From Alphaproteobacteria bacterium (GTDB lineage Bacteria > Pseudomonadota > Alphaproteobacteria > SHVV01), in assembly GCA_965261645.1 (NCBI GenBank), contig CBDHDJ010000004.1:1903661-1967660 (forward strand): 64,000 bases of DNA. Reading direction: 5' to 3'. The notes under the pieces are model-generated. The model was not told the origin of the DNA and did not search any database. It saw only the letters and a list, made by a program, of their open reading frames with translations. The first letter of the stretch is position 1. Each line of letters opens with the position of its first letter. The position numbers and the translations under genes are program-made. Shown in pieces: positions 1 to 9,879 of this stretch.

Positions 1-38
1 GGCATCGAACTGGTCGAGGTCAAGAAAATGGCGGACCG

Positions 39-1211
39 TCATGTGGCGAGCTCCGCGCAGGCCTCGCCCAACTTGTCGAGCGCTTGGTCGATATGGCTTT
101 GGTCGATGATCAGTGGCGGCAAGAGGCGTACGACATTGTCGGCCGCGGGCACCGCGAGCATCTGTTGACGAAAGAGCGTACCGACGACATCGGTGTTGGA
201 GCCGAGGCATTTGAGGCCGAGCAGGAGGCCCGCGCCGCGCACCTCCTCGATGAGGCCCTGATAGCGCCGCGCAAGATCGCCGAGGCGTTCGGTGAGAAGC
301 GCGCCCATCTCCCCGACATGGGCGAGGAAGCCGTCGGCCAACATGACGTCGAGCACGGCGTTGGCGACCGCCACGGCCAACGGGTTGCCGCCGAAGGTCG
401 AGCCGTGGGTGCCCGCCGTCATGCCGACCGCCGCCGCCTCGGTGGCCAGGCACGCGCCGATGGGCATGCCGCCGCCGAGCGCCTTGGCGATGGCCATGAC
501 ATCCGGGGCAACGCCCGCCTGCTCATAGGCGAACAGCGTGCCGGTGCGGCCCATCCCCGACTGCACCTCATCAAAGAACAGGAGCAGGCCGTATTCGTCG
601 GCGATCTCGCGCAGTGCCCTCAAGAAACCTTCGGGCGGCATGCGAACGCCGCCCTCGCCCTGCACCGGCTCGACCAGGATCGCCGCCGTCTCGGGCGCGA
701 TGGCCTGGCGCACTGCCCCTACATCGCCCCACGGCACGAGATCGAAACCGTCGACCAGGGGAGCGAAGCCGGTGATGTGCTTCTCCTGCTTGGCGGCCGA
801 GATCGCAGCCAGCGTGCGGCCGTGGAAGGCGCCCTCAAAGGTGACGACCCGGTAGCGGAAGGGATCGCCGATCTCGTCGAAATACTTGCGCACGAGCTTG
901 AGGCCGCACTCGACCGCCTCGACGCCCGAGTTGGTGAAGAACACCTTATCGGCGAAGCTCGTAGCGACCAGGCGCTCCGCGAGCCGCTCCTGGCCGGCGA
1001 TGCGATAGAGGTTCGAGGTGTGCCACAGCTTGCCGGCCTGCTCGGTGAGCGCCGCGACAAGGGCCGGATGAGCGTGCCCGAGCCCGGTGACTGCGATGCC
1101 CGAGGCGAAGTCGAGATACGCGCGCCCGTCCGCGGCGATCAGGAAAGCGCCTTCGCCCCGCTCGAACGCCACATCGGTCCGAGCGTAGGTCGGCATAACG
1201 GCAGAAACCAT
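39..1211 (-). CDS. argD: acetylornithine aminotransferase (class III PLP aminotransferase)
   Basis: 395-aa ORF. N-terminus MPTYARTDVAFERGEG, GIAVTGLGHAHP, DEVQSGMGRTG and AKALGGGMPIGA motifs typical of ArgD. Start taken at Met-6 (MVSAVMPTY). Confidence 0.85.
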   Translation of the reverse strand: MVSAVMPTYARTDVAFERGEGAFLIAADGRAYLDFASGIAVTGLGHAHPALVAALTEQAGKLWHTSNLYRIAGQERLAERLVATSFADKVFFTNSGVEAVECGLKLVRKYFDEIGDPFRYRVVTFEGAFHGRTLAAISAAKQEKHITGFAPLVDGFDLVPWGDVGAVRQAIAPETAAILVEPVQGEGGVRMPPEGFLRALREIADEYGLLLFFDEVQSGMGRTGTLFAYEQAGVAPDVMAIAKALGGGMPIGACLATEAAAVGMTAGTHGSTFGGNPLAVAVANAVLDVMLADGFLAHVGEMGALLTERLGDLARRYQGLIEEVRGAGLLLGLKCLGSNTDVVGTLFRQQMLAVPAADNVVRLLPPLIIDQSHIDQALDKLGEACAELAT

Positions 1212-1315
1212 GGAGCCCTCATCCAACCGCCGCGGTCGTTTCGTCGGGCGACGGTCCGGGAAAGCCTCTGAGTATGGATACAGCCCCGCGCCCTGTCAAC
1301 GACGGGCGCAATCCC

Positions 1316-2125
1316 TCACGTCTTGAGCTTGTAGCCGCGGGCGAACAAGAGATAGCAGATCACCCACAAGGCGATGTTGACGCCCGTGAGCACGATCACA
1401 CCGATCATGACCGAGCCCTCGGCATGGCCGATGAAGCCATAGCGGAAGCCGTCGATCATGTAGAAAAACGGGTTGAGCTGGCTCGCCAGGTGCCAGATGC
1501 CGGGCAGCCGCTCGACCGAATAGAACGTGCCGGACAAAAACGCCAAGGGCACGATGAAGAAATTGGTGACGAAGGCTATGCTGTCGAACTTGTCGGCCCA
1601 GATCCCGACCAGTAGGCCGACCAGCGAGAGCGCGAGCGAGGTCGCGGCAGCGAAGAAGATCACCGCCGCCAGGCTGTGCAGCTGAAGCGGCACGAACAGC
1701 GCCATCGCCGCGCTCACCACGGCGGCCACGATGACGCCGCGCGTCGCGCCGCCCACGGCAAAGGCGAAAGTGAGCTCGCCCGGGCTCAAGGGCGGCATCA
1801 GCACATCGACGATACTGCCCTGGAGCTTGGCGATGATCAGGGTCGAGGTGGTATTGGCGAAGGCGTTCTGCACCACCGCCATGATCACCAGCCCCGGCGC
1901 GAGGAACTGCACATAGGGAACGCCGCCGACGGTCTCTACGGCGCGGCCAAGCGCTAGCGAAAAGACGGTGAGAAAGAGCACCGAGGTGACGGCGGGCGCG
2001 ACGATGGTCTGGCCCGTCACCTTGGCGAAGCGCTGCACTTCCTTGACATAAAGCGTGTAGACGCCGAGCCAGTTGACGGCGCCGATGCGGCGCACGGGCT
2101 CAAGCCCGTTGGCGGCGGTGGTCAT
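1316..2125 (-). CDS. ABC-2 family transporter permease
   Basis: 269 aa, six predicted TM segments, NodJ/YadH-like ABC-2 permease pattern. No adjacent ATPase gene in the window. Confidence 0.7.
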   Translation of the reverse strand: MTTAANGLEPVRRIGAVNWLGVYTLYVKEVQRFAKVTGQTIVAPAVTSVLFLTVFSLALGRAVETVGGVPYVQFLAPGLVIMAVVQNAFANTTSTLIIAKLQGSIVDVLMPPLSPGELTFAFAVGGATRGVIVAAVVSAAMALFVPLQLHSLAAVIFFAAATSLALSLVGLLVGIWADKFDSIAFVTNFFIVPLAFLSGTFYSVERLPGIWHLASQLNPFFYMIDGFRYGFIGHAEGSVMIGVIVLTGVNIALWVICYLLFARGYKLKT

Positions 2126-2139
2126 GGACTATCCCCTGC

Positions 2140-3231
2140 TTAGGCGGTGGTGCCGGGAGATACGGCGGCCCCGCCCGGTTGTTCCTCGTGATGGAGATGG
2201 AGGGTTCGGGTCGGGAAGGCGAACTCGATACCTTCCCCCTCGAAACGCTTATAAAGCGCCAGATTGACCGCCTGCTGGGTGTCCATGTAGGAGTTATAGT
2301 CCGGCACCTGCATGTAGTAGACGGTCTCGATGTCGAGCGAGAAATCGCCGTAGCTCTTGAAATGGGAGCGGTCGAAGCGGGTGTTGGGCTGCGCCTCGAT
2401 GATCTCGCGAATCATCCCCGGGATCCGCTCCACCTTCTCGTAGGGCGTGCCGTAGGTCACGCCGATGGTGAACAGGATGCGGCGTTCGAGCATGCGCTTG
2501 TAGTTGCGGATGCGGGTGCCCAGGAGATCGGCGTTGGCGACGACGATCTCCTCGCCGCTGAGGCTGCGGATGCGCGTCGTCTTGAGGCCGATATGCTGGA
2601 CGGTGCCGAGATAGTCGTCGAAAATCAGAAAGTCACCCACCTCGAACGGCTTGTCGAACACGATCGAGAGCGAGGCGAACAGATCGCTCAGGATGTTCTG
2701 GGCGGCGAGCGCCACGGCGATGCCGCCGATGCCGAGGCCGGCGACCATCGCCGTGATATCGATCCCGAGATTGTCGAGAATCAGCAGCGCGGCGAACGAC
2801 CAGATCACCGTCTTGACGATGATCTGAATCAGGTGGAGCGCAGTGGTCCCGGCGATGTTCTCGGCCTCCCTCTCGCGCCGTGCATAGGCGATGAGGCCAC
2901 TCGCCACGTGGCTGCCCCAAATCGCCACCTGCAGCAACAGGGCGATCACGACGATGGTCGTGGCGAGATTGCGAAGCGAGTCCGGAAGGGTGAGAAAGTA
3001 GGAACCGGCGTAGAGCGCGGCGACGAGGATGATCGGGAACCAGGGCCGGTGCACGATGCCGAGAAAGGCATTGGCCAAGCCGGCATCGGCGGGCGCGGCG
3101 GCGCGCAGCCGCACCGCGATGATGCCGCGCATGATGTAAATCACGATGAAGGCCACGACCGCGACGGCAGCCGCGAGCAGCCAGACGGCCAGAGAGTTGC
3201 CGTAGAAGGCGGTATCCAGATAATCGTTCAT
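2140..3231 (-). CDS. mechanosensitive ion channel (MscS family)
   Basis: 363 aa. N-terminal TM helices followed by the conserved MscS beta-domain (VGDFLIFDDYLGTVQHIGLKTTRIRSLSGEEIVVANADL). Confidence 0.8.
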   Translation of the reverse strand: MNDYLDTAFYGNSLAVWLLAAAVAVVAFIVIYIMRGIIAVRLRAAAPADAGLANAFLGIVHRPWFPIILVAALYAGSYFLTLPDSLRNLATTIVVIALLLQVAIWGSHVASGLIAYARREREAENIAGTTALHLIQIIVKTVIWSFAALLILDNLGIDITAMVAGLGIGGIAVALAAQNILSDLFASLSIVFDKPFEVGDFLIFDDYLGTVQHIGLKTTRIRSLSGEEIVVANADLLGTRIRNYKRMLERRILFTIGVTYGTPYEKVERIPGMIREIIEAQPNTRFDRSHFKSYGDFSLDIETVYYMQVPDYNSYMDTQQAVNLALYKRFEGEGIEFAFPTRTLHLHHEEQPGGAAVSPGTTA

Positions 3232-3380
3232 CTCATCTCGCTCGCGCCCTAGACTCCGCTGCGTATGTCCGTCGCGTTCGCCACAAACATCGCCCAGAAC
3301 CCCGATCCTTGCAAATCGTGCGATGCGGCGCGGCCCTATCCCGCCTGGCCGATGGCCCGTCCCCGCCGGGGCGCACCGCG

Positions 3381-6293
3381 ATGACGGATCCCGCGCAACT
3401 GTTTGCCGCGGCCATCGCTCACCATAAAGCCGGCCAGCCCGAGGAGGCCGTGCGGCTTTATGAGCAAATCCTCACCACCGCGCCGCACCATCACGGCGCG
3501 CTCTTTAACCTCGCCGCCCTTCACGCGACGGCCGGCCGCTACGACGCCGCAAGCGGTCTTTATACACGGGCGTTACGCGAACAGCCCGACGATCCCGATA
3601 TCCACTGCAATCTCGGCAATCTCAACCTGGCCAAAGGCGACGTCGCGGCCGCGGAGGCGTGTTACCTGCAGGCGCTCGATGCGGATCCCGGCCATGCCGC
3701 GGCCCACGTCAATCTCGGACGACTGTGTCTTATTCAGGGGCGCATCGAGGAGGCGCTGTTCTCCTTCCGGGACGCGTTGGCCATCGATGACGCGCTGGTC
3801 GCCGCGCACAGCAACGCCGGCGTCGCCTTGAGCGGACTCGGCCAGCACGACGAGGCCCGCATCGCCTTCGAGAACGCGCTCAGGCTCGATCCCGTGAACG
3901 CCGAGACGCTCGACAACCTGGGCAGCGCCCTTGTCCAGCTCGGCCGGACCGAAGACGCCATCCAGCGCTACCGCGAGGCGGCTGAACAAGCGCCAACGTG
4001 GGCCCGGCCGGCGATCAACCTTGGCGCGCTTCTCGAGAAGCTCGGGCGCCTGGAGGACGCGGAGACGAGCTACCGCACCGCGCTGGCGCGCGATCCCGCC
4101 GCTGGCGATGCCATCAAGGCCTTGGCTGCGCATCTCATTGCGACAGAGCGGCACGACGAAGCACGTGGACTGCTCAAATCCCATCAGGCGATGCACCCCG
4201 ATGATGCCGAGGGCGCCTTCAACCTCGGCAACCTCTATCACGCGATGAAGCAGCCCGAGCGGGCAGCCGATCACTACCGGCGCGCGCTTCGTCTCAACCC
4301 GTCCGTCGCGGAGGCCCATAATAATCTCGCGACCGTGCTGACCGATCTCGGGCACATCGGGGAGGCCATCGAGGTCGCGAGCCAAGCCATCCAGTTGCGG
4401 CCCGATTTCGCCCATGCCCATAACACGCTGGGTAACGCCCACGCCAAGGCGGAGCGGCAGGAAGAGGCGGCCCGCTGTTTCGAACGCGCCGCCGCGCTGG
4501 ACCCCGCGCTGTCCGTCGCCGCCGTCAACCTCGCCAACACGCTGCGCGATCTTGGCCGGCTCGACGAAGCCAAGGCCGCGCTGGAAGGCGTGATCGCGCG
4601 TGAGCCCGAGCTCGCCACCGCGTACAACGCACTCGGCCTCGTGTTGCAGGATTACGGCGAGCAAGAGGCGGCCATCGCCACCTTCGAGAGGGCCCTAGCC
4701 GCGCGGCCCGGTTATCACGAGGCGCTCAACAACCGGGCGATCTCGCTCCAGGGCCTCGGCCAGCACGACGACGCGCTGGCCATCTATCGCGATGTGCTGG
4801 CCCGCAACCCCGACATCGCCGAGACGCACCACAACATCGGTCACGTGCTCCAGGGCCTCGGGCGCTACGACGAGGCGGTGGCGGCGTTCCAGCAGGCGCT
4901 CGCGCTCAAGCCGGATTTCGATGCCGTCTATCCCTTTCTCGCCCACGCGCTTATGTACCAGTGCAACTGGTCCAACCTCGAAGCCGTCATCGCCAAGGTC
5001 ATCGACGATGCCGAGACGCGCATCGCGGCGGGCCGCGATATCGCCGCACCGCCCTTCGGCCTGGCGGCAACGCCCGCTTCTCCCGCGCTCCGGCTCGCGG
5101 TGGCCCGCCGGGTCTCGGCCAAGACCGCGGCGCACGTGCGCTCGATAAAGCGTGCGATGCGCTTTTCGCACCGCCGGCATGACGGTGAAACGCTGCGGGT
5201 GGGATATGTGTCGCCCGATTTCCGCGAGCACTCCGTCGCCATGGTGTTCCGCGGCCTACTCGACGCTCATAGCCGCGACGGCTTTGCGTGGTACGGCTAT
5301 TCCATCAGCCCGCGGCAGAATCTCACATTTGAGAGCTTCGAGCGCGCCTTCGACGGTTTCGCCGATCTCGGCCATGCATCGCTCAGCGAGGCCGCCGAGC
5401 GCATCCATGCCGATCAGATCGATATTCTTGTCGACCTCGCCGGCCACACCCGGGATTCGCGGCTCGAGCTGTTCGCGCTCGAGCCCGCCCCGGTTCAGGC
5501 GCATTATCTCGGCTACGGCAGCACGTTCGGGGCGGACTACATCCCCTATCTGATCACCGATCCGGTGCACACGCCGCCCGCGCTGGAAGCCCATATCAGC
5601 GAGGCGCCGGTGTATCTTCCCGACAGCTTCATGGTCGCGACGCCGGCCGAGATCGCGGATACGACACCCGAAAGGGCCGATTGCGGCCTGCCTGACGGGG
5701 GGATCGTCTTCGCCAATTTCAATGCGCACTACAAGTTCCACCCCCGCCTGTTCGATGTCTGAATGCGGCTTTTGAAGCGCATCGAGGGCTCCGTCCTGTG
5801 GCTCCGCGAAGGCACGAAAACGGCGCAGGCCAACCTCCGCGACGAAGCCGACGCGCGCGGGATCGATGCGGGCCGACTCGTCTTTGCGCCGCGCTTGCCG
5901 CGGGCCGAGCACCTCGCCCGCCACAGGCTCGCGAATATCTCGCTCGACACGCTCTACCACGGCGGCGGCGTGACCACGATCGATGCGCTGTGGACCGGCG
6001 TCCCGGTCGTGACGCTTGCCGGCGAAGCCCACTCCTCACGGACCGGCGCCTCGCTCATGAGCGCCATCGGCATGCCGGAGCTGATCACCGACAGCCTCGA
6101 GGCCTACGCCGAGATCGCCTACCGGCTCGCAACCGAGCCTCCCGCCTTGCAGGCGATCCAGGATAAACTCGCACGCAACCGGCTGAGCGCGCCCTTGTTC
6201 CAGCCTGAGCGCCTGGCCCGCCACGTCGAAGCCGCCTACCGATTGATGTGGAAAAATTTCGCTAGAGCGTTTTCCTATAATTTGCGGTCATAG
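3381..6293 (+). pseudogene. TPR-repeat protein fused to O-GlcNAc transferase-like (GT41) domain; interrupted by in-frame TGA at 5760-5762
   Basis: ORF 3309..5762 (TPR repeats plus GT41 N-lobe) and ORF 5763..6293 (GT41 C-lobe) are in the same frame, separated by a single TGA. Context ...KFHPRLFDV*MRLLKRIEGSVLWL aligns with eukaryotic OGT ...[20 protein letters not shown], so the stop replaces a conserved Trp. The last ~10 codons run into the IS630 terminal repeat. Confidence 0.7.
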
Positions 6294-7320
6294 CCGGCAG
6301 CAGCGAAGTAGTTTTCGCATTCCGTTAGTGTGAAGGTGTCGATGCCTTGGGCGATGGCGTCCCAGAGGTCATCGACGGTTCGGGCGGCGGTCTTTTTGAG
6401 GAAAGCCTTGAGCTTGGAGAGGGCCATTTCAATGGGGTTAAAGTCAGGGCTGTAGGGCGGCAGGGAGCGCAACTCTGCCGCGGCGACTTCGATGGCCGTG
6501 CGCACGGCGATGGGTTTGTGGGCGGGTAAGTTATCCATCACCACGATATCGCCGGGTTTGAGCGTCGGGACCAAGACCTGCTCCACATAAGCGAGGAAGG
6601 CGGCACCATGCATGGCACCGTCGAGCACCATGGGCGCGGTCATGCCTTCAAGGCGGAGCGCGCCAACGAAGGTCGTCGTCTTCCAGTGCCCATGAGGCAC
6701 CGGTGCTTGGCAACGCTCGCCCCGTGGCGCCCGGCCGTAACGCCGGGCCATCTTGGTCGAAGCGCCGGTCTCGTCAATGAACACCAGCCGCTCGGGCTTC
6801 AGATCGGGTTGGGCGTCGAACCAGGCCTGCCGGCGGCGCAGGACGTCAGCTCGCTGTTGCTCGCAGGCGTGCGCGGTTTTTTTTGAACGTCATGCCGTGC
6901 CGGTCGAGCAGCCGCCAGACCGTGCTTTGGGCCACCGTCAAGCCATGCCCCGCGTCCAGGTGTGCCGCGATCTCGCCCAAGGTGATGTCCGGCGTCTCGT
7001 CAACCAGCGCCAGGATTTCCTCGGCATGGGCCTCAATCCGGTGCGAGCGGTGGTCACCGCCTTGCGGCCTAGGCCCGACATCGCCCGTCCGCCGCCACCG
7101 ATTCACCCATTTGATCGCCGTCGAGGCCGCAACCCCGAAGCGGCGCGCCGCCGAGCGCCGCGACAGGCCGCTGTCAACCGCCGATACAAGCCGTTCTCGA
7201 AGATCATTGGAAAGAGGTTTCGTCATGCAGGCTGGCCTCCTCCACCAGCCCACATCTTGAATCAGAAATTCGATCCCATGGGAATCCCAAAAAGAATCCG
7301 TCAGCTCAGAAAATGCTCTA
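6263..7320 (-). mobile_element. IS630-family insertion sequence (~1058 bp) flanked by TA
   Basis: Terminal inverted repeats tagagcgttttcc (6263-) and ggaaaatgctcta (-7320, reverse complement ctagagcattttc). Both ends are bounded by TA. Encodes an IS630/Tc1-type DDE transposase. Confidence 0.7.
6275..7226 (-). pseudogene. IS630-family transposase, split by +1 frameshift in an A8 run
   Basis: N-terminal HTH part (ORF 6846..7424; real start MTKPLSNDL at 7226) and DDE part (ORF 6275..6784, [25 protein letters not shown]) lie in different frames. The upstream frame reads ...[14 protein letters not shown]. One base fewer in the A8 run (T8 at 6877-6884, plus strand) gives a continuous ...[41 protein letters not shown]. 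Confidence 0.75.
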
Positions 7321-7380
7321 GCAGGCTGCTGAAAAAGTCCTCGCATTTGCAGTTGTGACATGATTCTGTGATTCCTTCGG

Positions 7381-8517
7381 GTGATGGAGGATGGCATGCG
7401 GGGTCGAGATAAAAGCAGTGGCAATTTATTCAGCTACGTAGACTTGGAAGAGCGTGTTCCGGATGATCATCCGCTGCGTCTGATCCGTGAGATCGTGAAC
7501 GACGTATTGGGGTCTCTATCTTCGGAGTTCGAGACGCTTTATTCCCACATGGGTCGCCCATCGATCCCGCCGGAGAAGCTTCTTCGAGCGTTACTGTTGC
7601 AGGTGTTTTATTCGATCCGCTCGGAGCGTCAGCTGATGGAGCAGCTAAACTTCAACATGCTGTTTCGCTGGTTTGTGGGGCTTGGGCTGGACGATGGCGT
7701 GTGGGACGCCAGCGCGTTCTGCCACAACCGGGACCGTCTTCTGGAGGCGGAGGTTTCGGCGCAGCTGCTTGCGGGGGTTATCCAGCACCACAAGGTACGG
7801 GGACTATTGAGCCGGGATCATTTTTCGGTAGACGGAACATTGATCGAGGCCTGGGCGTCGATGAAGAGCTTTCGTCCCAAAGGTGAGGACGATGGCGACG
7901 GGGGATCGGGGCGCAACGCCGAGCGGGATTTTCATGGCGAGAAACGCTCGAACGCGACCCATGCAAGCACCACTGATCCGGACGCCCGGCTTTATCGCAA
8001 GGGTAATGGCCGGGAAAGCAAGCTGTGTTACATGGGCCATGCGCTGACGGAGAACCGCCATGGTCTGGCAGTCGGCGGCGGCGTGACCATTGCGTCGGGC
8101 ACGGCGGAACGCGAAGCCGCCCTTGATCTGATCGACAGGCATCGCCCGGTGGAGAGTAGAGGCGGCCCGCGTCGGATCACGGTGGGCGGGGACAAGGGTT
8201 TTGACGTCGCGGATTTTGTCGAGGAACTGCGGCACCGCAAGGTGACCCCCCATATCGCCGTCCAGGACCACGTCACCAAGACCGGCAAGCGGCGCAAGAC
8301 CAAGATAGACGGGCGCACGACGCGCCATCCCGGTTACGGCGTCAGCCAACGTTGCCGTAAGCGCATCGAGGAGGTCTTCGGCTGGGTCAAGACGAGCGCG
8401 GGATTGAGCAAGACCAAATTCCGGGGCCGCCACCGGGTCGACGCTTCGTTCACCCTGGCCTTGGCCGCCTACAACCTCGTCCGACTACCCAGACTGCTGG
8501 CGGAGGCGCCAACATGA
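7381..8517 (+). CDS. IS5-family DDE transposase
   Basis: 378 aa. InsH-type N-terminal region (LFSYVDLEERVPDDHPLRLIREIV) and DDE_Tnp_1-like C-terminal region. Confidence 0.85.
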   Translation: MMEDGMRGRDKSSGNLFSYVDLEERVPDDHPLRLIREIVNDVLGSLSSEFETLYSHMGRPSIPPEKLLRALLLQVFYSIRSERQLMEQLNFNMLFRWFVGLGLDDGVWDASAFCHNRDRLLEAEVSAQLLAGVIQHHKVRGLLSRDHFSVDGTLIEAWASMKSFRPKGEDDGDGGSGRNAERDFHGEKRSNATHASTTDPDARLYRKGNGRESKLCYMGHALTENRHGLAVGGGVTIASGTAEREAALDLIDRHRPVESRGGPRRITVGGDKGFDVADFVEELRHRKVTPHIAVQDHVTKTGKRRKTKIDGRTTRHPGYGVSQRCRKRIEEVFGWVKTSAGLSKTKFRGRHRVDASFTLALAAYNLVRLPRLLAEAPT

Positions 8518-8678
8518 CGGGCGATGCCGGCACGCCGCTGACCGCAAAGTGGCAGATCATCGAACTGGATGAAGCCCAGGGCATCGGATCGGTCGAGATT
8601 GAAGACGGTTTCACCCTAAGACACGAAATCTCATTTCATTTCGGCGATGAATCCGAGTTCAAGGCCCGGCAATGATGA
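8514..8678 (+). CDS. small acidic ORF (54 aa) inside IS5, start overlaps transposase stop (ATGA)
   Basis: MTGDAGTPLTAKWQIIELDEAQGIGSVEIEDGFTLRHEISFHFGDESEFKARQ. Composition looks coding for a high-GC genome. No homolog recognised. Confidence 0.3.
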
Positions 8679-8683
8679 CTTTT

Positions 8684-9739
8684 TCAGCAGCCTGCTAGCC
8701 TGAAGCGTCGCCGTGCGTTGCGGTAGTTGTGGTCGTGCGCCCGGTGCAGGGTGACAAGGAACGTCTCGCTGCCGTCTTCGGTGGCTTTGACCACGGCACG
8801 CCAGAGGCGGCCATCCTGCTCGAGGAAGCCGGCGGCTTGGTTCCCGTAGGTCGCGAACACTTCCCCTTCGTCGAATATGCGCTGGATGCGGGCGTAGTCG
8901 CCGGGCGCGATCTCGGGGTGGCGGACGGTCTGCTTGGCGGCGGTCTCGCCGGACAATCGTACGGTGCTCGACTGCCCCGCGATCGCTTTCCTGACCGCGT
9001 CGGGGAGCACCGCAACCGCCCAGTCGCCGTCGGAAGCGCCGCTGAGATGGCGTGCGAACAGCGGGGTGCGCCAGGGCGTGCCGGTGGCGGCGCGGGCGAG
9101 GTCCTCAGGCGCCGACCCGATCTTGGCGATCAGGCGGTCTGCGGCCTCGCGGCCGGGGTGGACGGTACCGACATTGTGGGTGAAGCCGGGATCGATGCCG
9201 ACGGGCACGCGGGCCGGCTCGCCGGTGCGCCTGTTGACCCAAGGGCGGGTCTGTTGCGAGCCGGGCGGCGGGCCGGACGAGACCTTGTAGCCGTAACGCT
9301 CGAGATCGTCGTCGGAGAGTTGTTGCACGATGCAGCGGCAGCGCCAGCCGTTGGGCGGGTAATGGGTCCGCCAAAAGGGATGATCGACGGGCAGCACGGT
9401 GCCGTGCCAGCGGGCGTGCTCGGGCCTGGTGCGGGCGTCCCGGACCGACACATAGCGCAGGTAGGGCATTTGCTCCTTGAGGCGCTCGATGCCCTGCCAG
9501 CGGCCGTAGGCGTGGGCCATGCGGAGGTTGGTGTCGAGGATGATGCGGAGCCGCCGGGGCGATCCGAGCTGAACGATGCGGGCCTCGCCGGTGACGGGAT
9601 CGACCATCCGCTGGCGGCCCCACCAGCCCTTCTTGCGCAGGGTGGGTTCCAGGTTGTCTTGAAACCACTCGAAGGTCCGGCCCTCGGCGATCGCCGCGTC
9701 CATGGCGCGCTGGATGTCCTCGAGGATATCGAGCTTCAT
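8684..9739 (-). CDS. phage head morphogenesis protein (Mu F / SPP1 gp7 family), 3'-truncated at IS junction
   Basis: 351 aa with Mu-F-like motifs (RTRPEHARWHGTVLPVDHPFW, GWRCRCIV). The last codons and the stop (...RRRFRLAGC*) run into the IS5 terminal repeat, so the native C-terminus is lost. Confidence 0.7.
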   Translation of the reverse strand: MKLDILEDIQRAMDAAIAEGRTFEWFQDNLEPTLRKKGWWGRQRMVDPVTGEARIVQLGSPRRLRIILDTNLRMAHAYGRWQGIERLKEQMPYLRYVSVRDARTRPEHARWHGTVLPVDHPFWRTHYPPNGWRCRCIVQQLSDDDLERYGYKVSSGPPPGSQQTRPWVNRRTGEPARVPVGIDPGFTHNVGTVHPGREAADRLIAKIGSAPEDLARAATGTPWRTPLFARHLSGASDGDWAVAVLPDAVRKAIAGQSSTVRLSGETAAKQTVRHPEIAPGDYARIQRIFDEGEVFATYGNQAAGFLEQDGRLWRAVVKATEDGSETFLVTLHRAHDHNYRNARRRFRLAGC

Positions 9740-9879
9740 GGCCTTGGCAACGGTGAAGGAACGGACGTGGGTTGAGGCGTCGGTATCGCGCCAGTCGAAG
9801 CCGACATGGAAGCCCTTGGCGCGGAAGTGCGCGACTGCTTCCTAGGGCGGGAGATCGAGGATCTCGGGTCGAGGCACGC

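Larger units (their letters stand above)
7321..8693 (+). mobile_element. IS5-family insertion sequence (1373 bp) with 4-bp CTAG target duplication
   Basis: Perfect 18-bp terminal inverted repeats caggctgctgaaaaagtc (7321-7338) and gactttttcagcagcctg (8676-8693). Flanking direct repeat ctag at 7317-7320 and 8694-8697, matching the YTAR target of the IS5 group. Confidence 0.8.

Noticed and set aside
84-1271. Long antisense or alternative-frame ORFs throughout the window (for example 84..1271+, 2179..3252+, 3573..4664-, 10383..11666-, 17228..18463-, 22684..23982-, 33818..35872-, 24999..25934+)
   Set aside because: They are Arg/Pro/Ala/Gly-rich with almost no Lys/Asn/Ile/Phe. They lie opposite to, or out of frame with, genes that have clear homology. 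This is the usual result of absent stop codons in non-coding frames of a ~68% GC genome.
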